The position numbers were made by a program, and so were the translations under genes. The notes under the pieces are model-generated. The model was given only the letters and a program-made list of their open reading frames with translations, made no database searches and was not told the DNA's origin. A DNA stretch of 64,000 bases from assembly GCA_964247055.1 (NCBI GenBank), contig OZ176057.1, forward strand, positions 1,054,001 through 1,118,000. The letters run 5' to 3'. Positions 14,849-29,200 of the stretch are shown here, piece by piece. Position 1 is the first letter of the stretch, and each line of letters begins with the position of its first letter. The stretch is from Paragordius varius. Taxonomy: Eukaryota > Animalia > Nematomorpha.

Positions 14849-16481
14849 AAATCGCAAAATCACCAAATTTATATCCTTAACCAACCAAATATGTATAATT
14901 ATTTTATTATCAATTTTACAATAAATATCAATTGAAATTGAAACGATAAAACGTGATGAAATATAGTATGCATTTTAATGATTGTTGCTTATTTGACACT
15001 ATATATAATTAGGAATTTCGTAACACTGGAGTGTATGAAAAAAAGAAAGAAATAATTTTGTTTATTCAACATTTTGTTGTTTTTTCCATACAATACTCCT
15101 TTGTTGCAAATTGCCCCCTACTATAGTGTGTGAAACAAGCAACCATTAAAATACACACTGTAATAGGCTTAATTAAAGTTATTTTTATGAATGCGATTGT
15201 ATTGTTGAAGCCTAATTAAGTAAGTGTACTTTATTGTTTTAGGTTGTGAAATGATGAACAGTTCATATTCAAATAAAAAAATAAGGTACTATACATATGG
15301 TTGTGTTTATAAAAAATTTTATTCCTTTATTTTTACGTTTTTGTCTTTATAATTTTAATTTTTATTGCATATGAGTAATATAGCATTTTTAATATACAAC
15401 GGCAATATTTTTTTGATAATTATTAATAAATATTAATCAATCAATCAAACTATATTATTGTGTGCTATCAATTTTATACAATAAAATAGAATAATTTAAA
15501 TTATAATTCTATAAAATTGCCGATGTCTGTCATATAAAATTCATCGGAAGTTTATTTAATTAAACAAAGTTATTTTTTTGAGTTATGTTAAAAAATATGA
15601 AAAGTTTGATTTTACTGTAATAGAAAGAATATTTTCTTAAAAAAATATAATCATTTTTATCTGATTGCCTATCGATAGAAATTAGTTTTTTTAATTATTG
15701 ATAGGTAAACTTACTGTAAAGTACGGACAAAAAAATATAGACCCATATTTTTTCCAACGATCATACCTATTTATAGCATATTTATCATATTATTAAACTC
15801 CAAATAAATATGAAATTGATTGTGTTACCAATATTCTTCCAATTTTGTAATTTGCAATTTTAAAGAATATATTATATTAAAAACATGAGATTTTATGGTT
15901 GTCTTTTATAAATTAATATTTGTCTTTATATTTTTATGTTTTGTCCATTTTTACGTAATAGCTTTCAAAATCAAAAAAATATTTTGGGGAATAAGTTGCG
16001 TATAAGAATAAACCAAAAAAACTGATTTTAAGACACTTTTTTAAGAATTATTCATAAAAAATTTAACTATTTTGTTAATTTTTACCTTTTTATTTTAAAT
16101 CATCTGTCTGCTTTTTTCACGTTTCTTGTTTTGAGTTACTTATCGAAACAAACTAATCCATAAATATTTGTGTGTAAAACACTATAATTTAATGATCGCA
16201 AATCAACTCTTTTTGTTTATGTAATATAGGTAAAATATTTATAAACAGTTGGCTTCTTAATATAGTTTTTGTGTTCCCCTTTTATGCGATGGTCACATAA
16301 ATTTTTAAAAATAAAACTGTTTGATTTCCCCATATAACAACAATAGGAGAAATACTACAGTTCTTTATATTTGGCACACCATACTATATATTAATGCAAT
16401 GTCAAAACCTAAAGGTTTAATTTCTAAACGTAAAAAATAAAACCAACCGTTCAATTGTTGAAAAGTGTAGTGAGTCCTCAC

Positions 16482-17116
16482 TGGGGTTGTGCTGACCAAG
16501 TCAGTGACTATTTATTTTTTGACCATGGTCATTAAAAAAACCGTTGTTTTTTTAAAAAAATTGCTGGTAATTTTTTTTGAAAGAATAGTAAGGTTTTATT
16601 GCTTTTTAATATACTTTTTAAATATGAATTAAATATTTAAATATACTTATTTAACAATATAAAATTGTTAAACATGCATCCTTATATGACAATCAAGCAT
16701 TTTGCAAAATATGCCATTATTCTATATATATATATATATATATATGAATTAATAAAATGTAAAAACATTTTATAATTGGATTTTTCAATGATGAAGAAAG
16801 TGTAAAACAAACTAGGTAAAATTTTATCAGAAAATATCCAGTATATTAAAATGAAATTGAAGATTCAGAAGGCCACAAGAATGTGGCAAAATATATTTTA
16901 CAACAAATTCTTGATTAAATTTGATAGATATTGTAAATATAAAAAAAAGTATAAACTTTTAAGAAAAAACATGACTTAGGCAAGTATCTTTCGAACTAAA
17001 AATCCAATATCTCATGGTATTTACTTAGGCAAAAAGTGGCATGACCGTGGTCATGATCATGGTCTGACCGGGTCTGAACGGACTTTTTTGAAAAAGCAGT
17101 CAAATGCACAACCCTA
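16482..17116. mobile_element. Non-autonomous hAT-like element, 635 bp
   Basis: TIR TGGGGTTGTGC / GCACAACCCTA, with a perfect 8-bp direct repeat GTCCTCAC at 16474-16481 and 17117-17124. Subterminal TGACC/GGTCA motifs at both ends. No ORF. Confidence 0.88.
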
Positions 17117-17532
17117 GTCCTCACACAAAAAATCAATCAATTAATACCACCATTATGATTTATAATAAATTAATAAAAAACAAAATTAATCCATAATTTG
17201 TTTCAAAGTTTATACATTTTACGGTAGCAATAATTTTTAAAATAACTATTTTAACGTGATTAATTAAAATATATTATTTAGATAAAATTATGGTTTTATA
17301 TGATATATCCTAAAAATCATGGGTCATTTTTTCAATATTGTAATTCACTCTAAATAATTGTGAGTTATGATAAATTACATGTTTTAAAATGAAACCAGTA
17401 ATATAGCTTTTTTTAAAGTTAAAATTGAATTTATACGTACAAAAGGTAAAAATATAAAGACAATACAACCATATTTTTAATACTTGATAATATAAATGTA
17501 TAAAAAGATTGTCTCATTTTATTTTAATAAGA

Positions 17533-18860
17533 CACCAAATAGATTATTTAAACCACAAAACAGAAAAAGTTTTTCATAAATGCTAAAACCAAGAAAAGTT
17601 GTGACTGCTCAAGTGAACACCAACTATTAATAACAACTATTAAAACGCACAGGATAAAACCCTGAAAGAATAAAAAAGAACACAATTACAACGTTGAACA
17701 AATCCCTTGATAAGATATAAGTAAACAATAGATTTAGAAGCTAAGATAGTTAATAACTCAGAAAACCAATGGAATATAAAAACAAAGTTCACGAGACACA
17801 AAAATATTTACCAACGAAAAAAAAAACATCATATAAAACGGGGTTATCAGATGACTACATAAAATAATTGAAGATAAAAGAAGAGCTAAGAAAAGAGGAG
17901 AAAGAGATATGGTTAAGAAATCAAATTTAAGACTTCATAGACAGAAAAGGTACGACCTTGAGGAATAATGAAACGAACAATGCACGACTATTGAGGTAGC
18001 AAACAGAAAAGGCTTAGGTAAGCCTCGGTTCCAAACCATCAGGAAAATAGCCAATCAAAACAAACTTCCAAATATTAAAATTAAGTACAATGGAAAGATA
18101 TTGACGACAAATAGAATGTAAGCAAAGATTACAGCAAACAACTATAGGCGCCAGGTGCAAACGATAGACAAATATATGGAAATGGGGATCATGAGTTATG
18201 TATACTGTAAGCAGAGGTAGTAAAAGCTTAAAAATCGATATCAATAAGGAGCCTCGGGGATAATACTCCCTTTAAATTAATAAGAGATATACCGATATCA
18301 GTAGCACATAGATTGTGTCAGGATATGGGGGTCAGGTATTTAGCCAAAAGACTGGCAAACTTCACTGTTTATCCCAGTTTTTAAAAAGGGAGATTAATTA
18401 AATTGCGATAATATAGAAACAAAGCTCACATTAGTCATGGAAGCAAAATTTTATTGAAGACTATTCAGAACAGACTACAGTTTAAAACAGAATAACAAAA
18501 AGAGTATTGCCATTCGAAATGTGGTGTTGGAGAAGAATGTTGAACATTAGATTGTCGACAAGGCTAAGAATGAAACAGGGCAACAAAAATTAAATATTGG
18601 AGTCGCTTAATGGAAGCTAAAATAAAAATAAATTCACATACATTGGTCATATCTTAAAAAGTACATCTTTGGCGAATTTAATTTTTGGAAAAGTTGAAGG
18701 GAAAAAACCGATGTTTGGACGGCTGGATACTGTGAAAGAGGAATCTGGTAGATAAAGGAATTGAAAGAAATAGCATGGGAGAGAGATAAATGGAGAGAAC
18801 TCGTCATTTTAATTTCCAAAGGGTCGAACCAGACCTAAGAAATTATTTACCTACCTACAT
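17533..18860 (+). mobile_element. Decayed RTE-clade non-LTR retrotransposon, 5'-truncated, with an internal deletion of the RT core
   Basis: Frameshifted remnants of the end of the AP endonuclease (QIDYL, AKTKKSCDCSSEH) and the linker (FQTIRKI). The RT start (SLFIPVFKKGD, ISHGSKILLKTIQNRLQ) jumps directly at ~18510 to the RTE C-terminus (FEMWCWRRMLNI, YIGHILK, GKVEG, WERDKWRELV), followed by a short TACC-repeat tail. Confidence 0.85.
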
Positions 18861-19305
18861 CCAATCAAACCTAACAATTAATTCTCGTAAACCAAAAATT
18901 TGTTGCAGTGTGTGTGTTGCTACAGTCGAGGTTGTGGACCTTTTGCAATATTGTAAATAATATTTCTCAGTAAATTGCGGTTTTTAATTTTAATGTAGTT
19001 CACGCGGGTTTCTCGTTAAATATCGTACATTTACCTTATCCTTTTTCGGCTCTTTTACGTGTACCGCTAACTTTACCCAACATACCCACACTTTATATTT
19101 ATATAAGGGGGTATTAAATATTGAACACGGCCCTAACCATGCGCTAATCGAAATAACTTTTTTGCAAAAAGTTTCCTTGATTTTTAAATCGTTTGCTCGA
19201 ATATTGTATTTAAAAAGTGGATATTCATTGTTAAAAAATTTAGATTGAGATACGGAAGGTTTGGATCAAATATTTCACATTTTCAAGTTTTACCACTTTC
19301 ATACG

Positions 19306-22300
19306 ATGGATATTTATCCCTCACATGGTGCCTTAATTTCTCACTACAAGTTGGTTGGAGACAAATCAGATTTGGTATGTTACCATTATATTTTATAGTT
19401 GACAACTTTATCGAAATTGTTTACTGAGCAAAACTTGAAATATGATGGGACCACAAATATTAAATCATTGCTGGAAGGACTTGATAGTTTTTTATCTGCT
19501 CCTTTGACTTCAGAGAATATTGGTTATTTTGCAATATAATATTTTTATTTAGAATTCTGTCAATCCTTACTCGTAACGTTTGTACCATTGTTAAATAATG
19601 AAAACGATGATCAGGCAGTTATACAGTTTTGTGATATTTTAACACGAAACCTCGATCAAAAAATACAAGAAGTGCCGAAATACAAGATAATTTGCTTTAA
19701 AACGTTTTATATGATTTTTATTTTAGTCTCTTATGCCTATTTTTAACGTTGGATTTGAAACGACGCGTTAATTACGAAATTTATTTGAAAATCTTGAAAA
19801 TTATCAATTCAAATGCCGAACTAGCTTACATACAAACCGATTTTCCTAAAGTAATACAAAAATAAATATTTATTATATCTCTTTATTTTTTTCTAAAATT
19901 TTTTGTTTTTATGGTTTTAATAACTTTATAAAGTATAAATATCTATAAAAATAGATATGTATCAAAAATGAATGCAAGCTTTTACAAATATGTAGATTTT
20001 AATTAGATAATCGCTTTAAAATTCCAATTGCCTAATATAATAATTGATTATATACTTAAAACTCTTTTTTAATTAACATAATATTAAATATTAACTAATA
20101 TTACAGTTAACTATCTAACAGATCATTTACGGTAGCGTATGGTATAAAACATTATCAGTCCATAATAAAATAAATAACAAGCTTATTGTATAAACACATA
20201 CCCATAATATCCCTTCTTTTTTAAAATAATTTTTTTTTCTTTTATGGACTAATATTGTTTATTCCATACGCTACTGTAATATTACCTAAATATTTTGTAA
20301 ATAAAAACACATTTCTTACCACAATTATTCTAAACATAATTGTTTTAAATATAAATATATATATATATTATAAATTTTATATTTTTATTTGCATTTTTAA
20401 ATTAAAATATAGTTTTTATTAAATAAAATATTAAAAATATATGTATTACCTTTACGATATTGAGATTTTTACACTCTACATAAAAAAAGTTTCCTTTTAT
20501 CAAAGATATATTAACTTTTATTTTTATTTAATAATTTAATTTATATATTCTTATACCATTTTCCAATCAAAAGCAACATTTTTCAATTAAACAGAACTAA
20601 AAATGTTGCGTTTGCTTGAAAAAATGTTGCATTTGCTTGAAAACTGGTATATTACAATAGACATCAAAATATATCATTTTGTTTCATTTAAAAAATATAT
20701 ATTTTTGTTATATCGTCCATTTTTTTCGATTAAAATAATTTTATTTTATACCTTTTTAGTATAAATCGTGGTTTACTGGTTGGAAACTCAAATATGAGGA
20801 AAGAAAAACTTTTGTATATACTTTGATGGATACACTTGATAGACTTGGTCAAAAGTATCAATAACAACACGATATTTATATTAAAATTTTTTGGAAATTC
20901 ACACTTTACTCCATAAATTTTTTCTTGTTTTTTTTGGTTATATACCATTTACAATTCAAATTTGCCCTTGAACAATTCAAATTCACTTTCAAATAAAAAA
21001 TTACCTATATTTTTATATATTTTTTATGAAAAAATGTCGTTTTAAATTAAAATAATACTTTAAAAATAATGAACTCCACAAAGATATATTATATATTAAT
21101 ACTGAGTTTATTAGTTCGAAAACACATAATTTATTTTTGGGGTGAATTTGAATTATTCAAGGGTGAGTTTTAACTGTAAATGGATATTTATTTTACAATC
21201 ATAGAGTTGAATACTTATAAATAGATTAATATTTTTTTACCATATTGATTCACTTTTTACTATTTTTTTATGTGATTTCTCAATTTGTTTTCACTTCAAT
21301 ATTTTACTACTGTCTAAACAACGATAGTTTATATATATACAGTATATATATATATATAAGATAATTTATTAATTTGCATATTTTTTTGACATTTGAATCT
21401 TAACTGTTTTCCCAATTATAATCTTTATGTGCGTTTTTTTTATATTTTTGTGTTTGATATGTTAGAGTTAAGAGTTTTTGGAATTATAGTTGGTTATTTA
21501 TAAAGTAGCCCTTTTTACTTTATATTTGAATTTTTGCATATTTGTGGTTTAATTTTTCTTAATGTTTACTATATTTTTCCCTAATTATTTATCTTTTTGT
21601 TTCATTTTACCGAATTTTCGTATTTATTCTTAATTTTACAGTTAAAGTGTCCAGTCATGGGGTTTAATTTTTAGCATATTGTTTCATTCTTTGATTTTTT
21701 TATAACTTTTTATTACTTTTCATTTGCTTTTTATTTAATTTTATAGTCGTATTGCAATCTTTACATTTTAAATTATTTTTTTTTCTTTTTTTAATTATCT
21801 TAATTTTTTATATTTTGTAATTTTTTTAGAATATTTTTCATATTTTGTAATTTTTTTTATATAATTTTATATAGTCAACGAGCCTTACGTATTATGGTTG
21901 AATTTTTATCTTTTTTGTTTCATTGTTTGATTTTTGATTTTACAGTCAAAAAGACCAGACATACTGGGTTTTTTAGTCTTGAGCTTATTAATAAAATTTT
22001 TTGATTTTTTTTTGAAAATTTTTAATATCTTTGATTAATTTTTTGATTTTTTTTATGACTTATAGTTGTGTTGCATTCTTTATATTTATTATTAGATAAA
22101 TATATTTCCCTTTTTGAATTTCTTCTTTTTCAAATGATTTATCTTAATTTTATATATTTTTTAATTTTTTTTTATAATTTTTTTGTAACTTAATCATTTA
22201 TCATAATTTTTTCAAATAATTTTTTTTCTTTCAATTAATAATTTATCTTAATTTTTTATTTTGTAATTTTTTTAGAATAATTTTTTATAATTTATCTTTT

Positions 22301-23835
22301 TATGTAATTTTACACAGTCAACGAGCCTTACATATCATGGATGAATTTTACTCTTGCATTTGTTTTATTTTAACCAAATTTTAGCATTTTTTTTGATTTT
22401 ACAGTTAAAATAATAGTCCAACATTCTGGGGTTTTTTAACTTATTGTTTCAATTTATTTTTATAAAAATTTTCAATGACTTTTTATAAATTTATTATTTT
22501 ATTTTATAGTCTTGTCATTCTTTACATTTTTAATTTAATATTTTTCGCTTTTCAAATTTCTTTTTATCAAATAATATTTTTATTTTTTTTATATTTTGTA
22601 ATTTTTTTAAAATAATTTTTTTTTAATTTTTTATAATTTTTTTGTAACTTAATCATTTATCATAATTTTTCAAATAATTATTAATTCTTTCAATTTATTT
22701 ATCTTAATTTATATTTTTTTGTAAATAATTTATCTTAATTTTATATATTTTGTAATTTTTTAGAATAATTTTTTTTATAATTTTTTTTCAAAATTTTTTT
22801 CCTTCAAATAATTATTAATTCTTTTATTTATTTAATTTTTTATAATTTTTTTCCTATAAATGATTTATCTTAAGTTTTATAAATTTTTTTACACAGTCAA
22901 CGAGCCTTACATATTATGGTTGAATTTTTATCTTTTTTGTTTGATTTTACAGGATTTTAGCATTTTTTTTGATTTTACAATAGAGTGTCCAACTTACTGG
23001 GGTTTTTTAGTTTTAAAGCTTATTTTTTATTTTTTGATCTTTTTATGACTTTTTTTACTTTTTATTGAGTTCGATTATAATTTTGTCATTCTTTACATTT
23101 TTATTTTAATAATTCATCTTAATTTTTTATTTTTTTATAATTATCTTTTCTTTTAATAAATTATCTATTTTTTAATTTATTATTACATTTTTATCCCTTT
23201 TAATTTTTTTTCCTATATGATTTATTTTATTTTTTTTAAATATTTTTTTATGTGATTTTTACACAGTCAACGAGCCTTACATATCATGGTTGAATTCTTA
23301 CGTGCAAATTACAGTAAAGATAAGATTGATGTCTATTGCAAAGATTTGAAAAGATTACTTTCCTTGCATATCGCTTCGCCTACCATATATTTATTGGATC
23401 ATTTAACTCTGTTACCTGCTATTAATACCCTACATAATGAACCCATTTATAAGGTTTTTTGGGTTAAAATATATTTATATATATATATATATATGTATGT
23501 ATATTGCAATTATCCAATTTTTATTCACCTTTGAACAATTTAAATTTTTAACTCTTGAAAAAATTGAACAATTTAAGTTACCCTTGAACAATTCTTCAAA
23601 TTTAAATTCACCCTTAAACAATATAAATATACCCTTGAACAATTCAAATTCGCCCTTAACAATTCAAATTCACCCTCGAACAACCTAAATTCACCCTTTA
23701 AACGATTCAAATTTACCCTAAAAATATTTTATGTGTTTTCGAACTAATATAACTCATTATTTATATGAAATATATGCTTATGGTACAGTTTATTATATTT
23801 TTACAGTATTATTTTAATTTTGGACAAAATTTTAT

Positions 23836-23898
<63 letters not shown>

Positions 23899-26162
23899 TA
23901 ATTTTTAATCTTAAAAAAGCATATATTTTTTTGAGCGTGAATTTGAATTGTTAGAGGGTGAATTTGAACTGTTTAAGGGTGAAATTGAATTGTTAGAGGG
24001 TGAATTTGAACTGTTTAAGGGTGAAATTGAAATGTAAATGGTATATATTATGCAATTATAATTTAGCTAAAATTATATAAGTTTTGTTGAGTGAATTTTC
24101 GATTTAGTAATCTTTGTCAAACGTAAAATTTACAATATATAACATTTACAATTCAAATTCATATTCATATTCATTACCCTTGAAACGATATAAACTTACC
24201 TTTTGAACAATTTAAATTCATATTCACCCTTGAACAATTCAAAATTAAAATTCACTGTTAATTCATATTCACTTTTGAGCAATTCAAATTCATATTCACC
24301 CTTGAAAAATTTAAAATTCATTACTCTTGAACTATTCTGAATTCACCCTTAAATATTCAAAATTACCTTAAAATAAATTATGTGTTTTTTTAAAAATTAA
24401 AAATTACCTATAAAAAAAATAAAATTTTGTTTAAAATTAAATTAATACCGAAAAAATAATAAACTATGCCCTTATGATGTATTTCATATTAATAATGAGT
24501 TATATTAGTTCGAAAAGACATAATTGTTTTTTTAGGGTGAATTTGAATTGTTTAAGGGTGATGAATTTAAATTGTGAGTGAATTTAAATTGTTCGAGGGT
24601 AAATTTGAAGTAATTAAGGGTGAATTGGGTAAATGAAATAGTCTTTTTACGGTTTTTTTAGTTTCTTGGAGTTTTCTTATAGTAAAAATAAATGGTTTAA
24701 GGACAGAACACAAAAGATTAATTAGATTATTTATTCATATTTTTAAACTAATTTATAAGGGTTTATTGCGATTATTAGAATTATTTTTTAGAGTTAAAAT
24801 TAATGCTTTACGGACAAAATTGATAATACATTAATGCAGTTTAGAGTGAAATCATACGGACAAAATGTGAAAAAAAGACAAATTTTCGTTTTTAAAAGAC
24901 AACCATTATTTTATACTTGCAGTTTTAAAAATAAATTATAACTAAAACAAATCATGATTTAAAAAATAATTTTGTTAAGGAAAAAATATTTATCTTTAAA
25001 TTTTTACGTTTTATCCATAGTATAATTTTAATTTTTACTGTCTTAATTATGGTTTAATAATTTATTTACTTTAATTACTTCTATATATACCATTTACAAT
25101 TCAAATTCACCCTAAAAATAAATTATCTGTTTTCGGGCAAATATAACTCATTGTTAATATGAAATATATTTTTACGACATAGTTTATTATTTTTACAGCA
25201 TTATATTAATTTTTAAACAGACATTTTAATATTTTAAAAATATTTATAAAATAAAAGTTTTAATCTGAAAAAACATTTAATTTATTTTAGGGTGAATTTG
25301 ATTTGCTCAGGGGTGAATTTGAATTGTTTGAGTAACTGTTTAAGGGTGAATTTTAACTGTTTAAGGGTGAATTTGATTTGTTCAGGGGTGAATTTTAACT
25401 GTTTAAGGGTTAATTTGATTTGTTCAGGGGTGAATTTTAACTGTTTAAGGGTGAATCTGAATTGTCAAGGGGGAATTTGAACTGTTTAAGGGTGAATTTG
25501 AATTAAAAATGGTATATAAATTAAATTTATATATATATATATATATTTATATATTTTAGTTACTCAACATTTTTATTCATGGAAAGTATCGTGATTACAT
25601 TGCTTGGTATGATAAATATCATGAATCCACTTTAGAGGAATTAGGTAAATTTTATTTTTTAAAATAATTTTTTTTTATAAAAATATAAATGTTTAATTAT
25701 TTTATATAAATTTTTATAAACATTTTGATCATTAGATTATATATATATATATTTATATATAAAAGTTATTTTAAATATTATCAATTTTTTGAAGTTTTTA
25801 TAATTTTATAACAATAATTGTATTTATTGCGAATGAACATTTTGTAAGTATACAATCAATATTTTGAACAATTTATGTTATAAAGACCTATATTTTACCC
25901 AAAACTTAGTTTTATTAAATTAAAATGTATAAAAAAAAATTTTTTTTATTTAAAAAAGCAATTAAAACCGTATAATATAAACATTTTAACAAATTTATTC
26001 TTGAACGATTCCAATTCATCCTAAGAATAAGTTATATGTTTTCGGGCTAATATAACTTATCATTAATAAGATATATATCTTTATAGATAAAATATAATTT
26101 CTTAAAATATAAAAAAATATAGGTTAGGATGAATTTGAATTGTTCAGGGGGTTGTAAATGTT

Positions 26163-26218
<56 letters not shown>

Positions 26219-29200
26219 AATATATATCATACCTTTATAATTGATATTCATATTTATAAAATATATATATATTAAATCAAGATACAGTAAAAATGCAATT
26301 TTACGGACAAAACTCAAAAATATATACATATATATTATTTCAAAAGACAACCCCATACTTTTTTGAACCTTAATTTTCCCTATTTAATCTATTTAATTAC
26401 AACTGTAAAATATATAATTGATTGCATACCTGTATACAATTCTATTTCATCTTTGCAACTAAAAACAATGGTTATATTGTAAAATAATAAAGATTTAAAA
26501 AGTATGTGGTTGTTTTTTGATAAAAAAATTTGTCTTTATATTTTTACGTTTTATCCATATAATTTCAATTTTTACTGTTTTTTTGTTTTTACCAATTTTT
26601 GATTTAAATGTGCAAAAAATAATTATTTGGAATCAAGTTTTTTTTGTTAAATTAATTTAAAAAAGGTATTTTACATTTGAAAACTTTTAAATAATTTTAT
26701 AACAAAAATATTAGTAAATATGTAAAACAAAACAATTTTATAAGTCCACTCTTATTTTAGTGTTTTAGGTCTAAAATATACCATTACATTTTAAATTTTC
26801 TCTATAATAAATTATTTGCTTTTAAGATTAAATAACCTATATGTTTTTATATTTTAATTTGTAATTATTAGAATACAGAAAAAATTATAAACTTAGCCAT
26901 AAAAAATATTTCACATCAATAATGAGTTATATTACCCCGAAAACACATAATATATTTTTAGGGTGAATTTGAATTCAAGAGTGATTTCAAATTGTTCCAC
27001 GGGCTAATATAACTAACTCATCATTTATATGAAATATATTTTTATGGAATAGTTTATTATTTTTTCAGTATATTGAAAACAAAATTTCATTTTTTTAAGT
27101 ATATAAAAAAATATAAGTAATTTTTAAAATCTTAAAAAACACATAATTTATATTTAGGGTGAATTTGAATTGTTCAAGGGTGAATTTGAATTGTAAATGG
27201 TATATAATTTTAACCAATTTTTTTACGTTTTAAAACAATCTATAGACTATTAAGTGCCTAATACCTTTTTTTTGATAGCCACAAAAAACTATATTTCATT
27301 TTTCCAAATTTTGCAATAATTGCATATTTTCCAAAATTAATTTTAATTAAAAATTTTTTTATTTTTTTTCTTGTGATTATTAGGCCTAAATCATGAAGAC
27401 AATTGTCGTAAAATCCGAATTCTAACATTTATTCAATTAGCCAGTGATGCCTACAATGCCAATTTAAACAAAAGCGGACAAAATATAACTGCGACGACGA
27501 CGAAAAATAGTTTATCAACTCACAATCAATCATCATTTACACCGTAAATATTTTATTTTAGTAAATTAAATTCACCCTTAAACAGTTCAAATTTACCATT
27601 TACAGTTTAAATATACCCTTGAACAATTGATAACCCTTGATCAATTCAAATTTACCCTTGAACAATACAAATTTACCCTTGAACAATTCAAATTTACCCT
27701 TGAGCAATATTAATTCATTCACCCTTAAACAATTTAGATTTACCATTTACAGTTTAAATATACCCTTGAACAATTTAAATATACCCTTGAACAGTTCAAA
27801 TTTATTCTCAAACAATTCGAATTCACCTTTGAACAATTTAAATTCACCCTTAAACAATTCAAATTGACCCTTGAACAATTCAAATTTACCCAACAGTTAA
27901 AATTCACCCTTGAACAATTTAAATTTACCCTTGAACAATTCAAATTCACCCTTGAACAATTCAAATTGGCCTTGAACAGTTCAAATTCACCCTTGAACAG
28001 TTCTAATTCACCCTTGAACAATTTAAATTTACCCTTGAACAATTCAAATTCACCCTTAATCTTTTTAAATTTACCCTTGAAATATCTTTTGAACAATTGA
28101 TATTATTCCTTGAACAATTCAAATTTACTCTTAATCTTTTCAAATTTACCCTTGAAAAATCCCTTGAACTATTCAAATTCACCCTTGAACAATTTAAATT
28201 TACCCTCGAACAATTGACCCTTGATCTATTCAAATTTATTCTTGAACGATTTAAATTTACCCTTGAACAATTCAAATTCACCCTAAAAATAAATTTTGTG
28301 TTTTCGGGCTAATATAACTCATTATTAATATGCAATATATATCTTATGGCATCATAGTTTATTATTTTTTCAGTATTATTTTAATTTAAAACAACAAAAT
28401 TTTATTTATTTATTAAAAATATATCTAAAAATATAGATTTTAATCTTAAAAAATATATAATTTATTTGAGGGTGAATTTGAATTGTTCAAGGGCGAATTT
28501 GAATTGTTTAAGGGTGAAATTGAATTGTTCAAGGGTGAATTTGAATTGTTCAAGGGCGAATTTGAATTGTTTAAGGGTGAAATTAAATTGTAAATGGTAT
28601 ATTTGAAATATATAGATATTATTGGATCTTTATTTTTATAATCAAAAAATATTTATTTTAGAGCTGGTCATTCGATACCGTTTCAAACTATAACGCATGA
28701 ATTAGATATCCCTTTGGATGAATGTGAAGAATATATTATAGATGGTAAAAACATTTTTTTAATTAAAAATTTCAGTAAATTCATAGAATTTAATTTTATT
28801 TAAAGTAACTATAAAGAAAAAGTATTTTTTTTATATGACAGTTTAAAAATTGTACATTTCGATATTTCTTTAATTTACAGTGACAAAATTATTCATTTTC
28901 TCAATGTAATCAGAAAGTTAGATAGTGGTATTTAAGTATAATGAATACATTCTTTTTAACCAATATTAATACACTTTTGCCAATATATATGTTTAATCAA
29001 AATATTTTCAATTTAAAATAGGGAATTTAATATTAACATAATATGGAAATCATTTATATTATGCTATCATTGCAATTAGAGGTCATAGTACTTCCTGATC
29101 AAGTAATAAATGGCTTATAAATGGTTTAAAAAGTACAAATAAAGAGCAAAAACCCATAATATTTATTTTTTTCCAATATATATATATATATTTATAACTT

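Noticed and set aside
27564-28290. CRISPR-like array
   Set aside because: The units are directly adjacent with no unique spacers, there are no cas genes, and the context is a eukaryotic intron.
27637-28312. Overlapping ORFs with 7-aa periodicity (also 223, 8591, 23437, 25292, 59089) as repeat-protein genes
   Set aside because: They are translations of the 21-bp MITE-A unit, which is open in four frames, and they lie inside introns.
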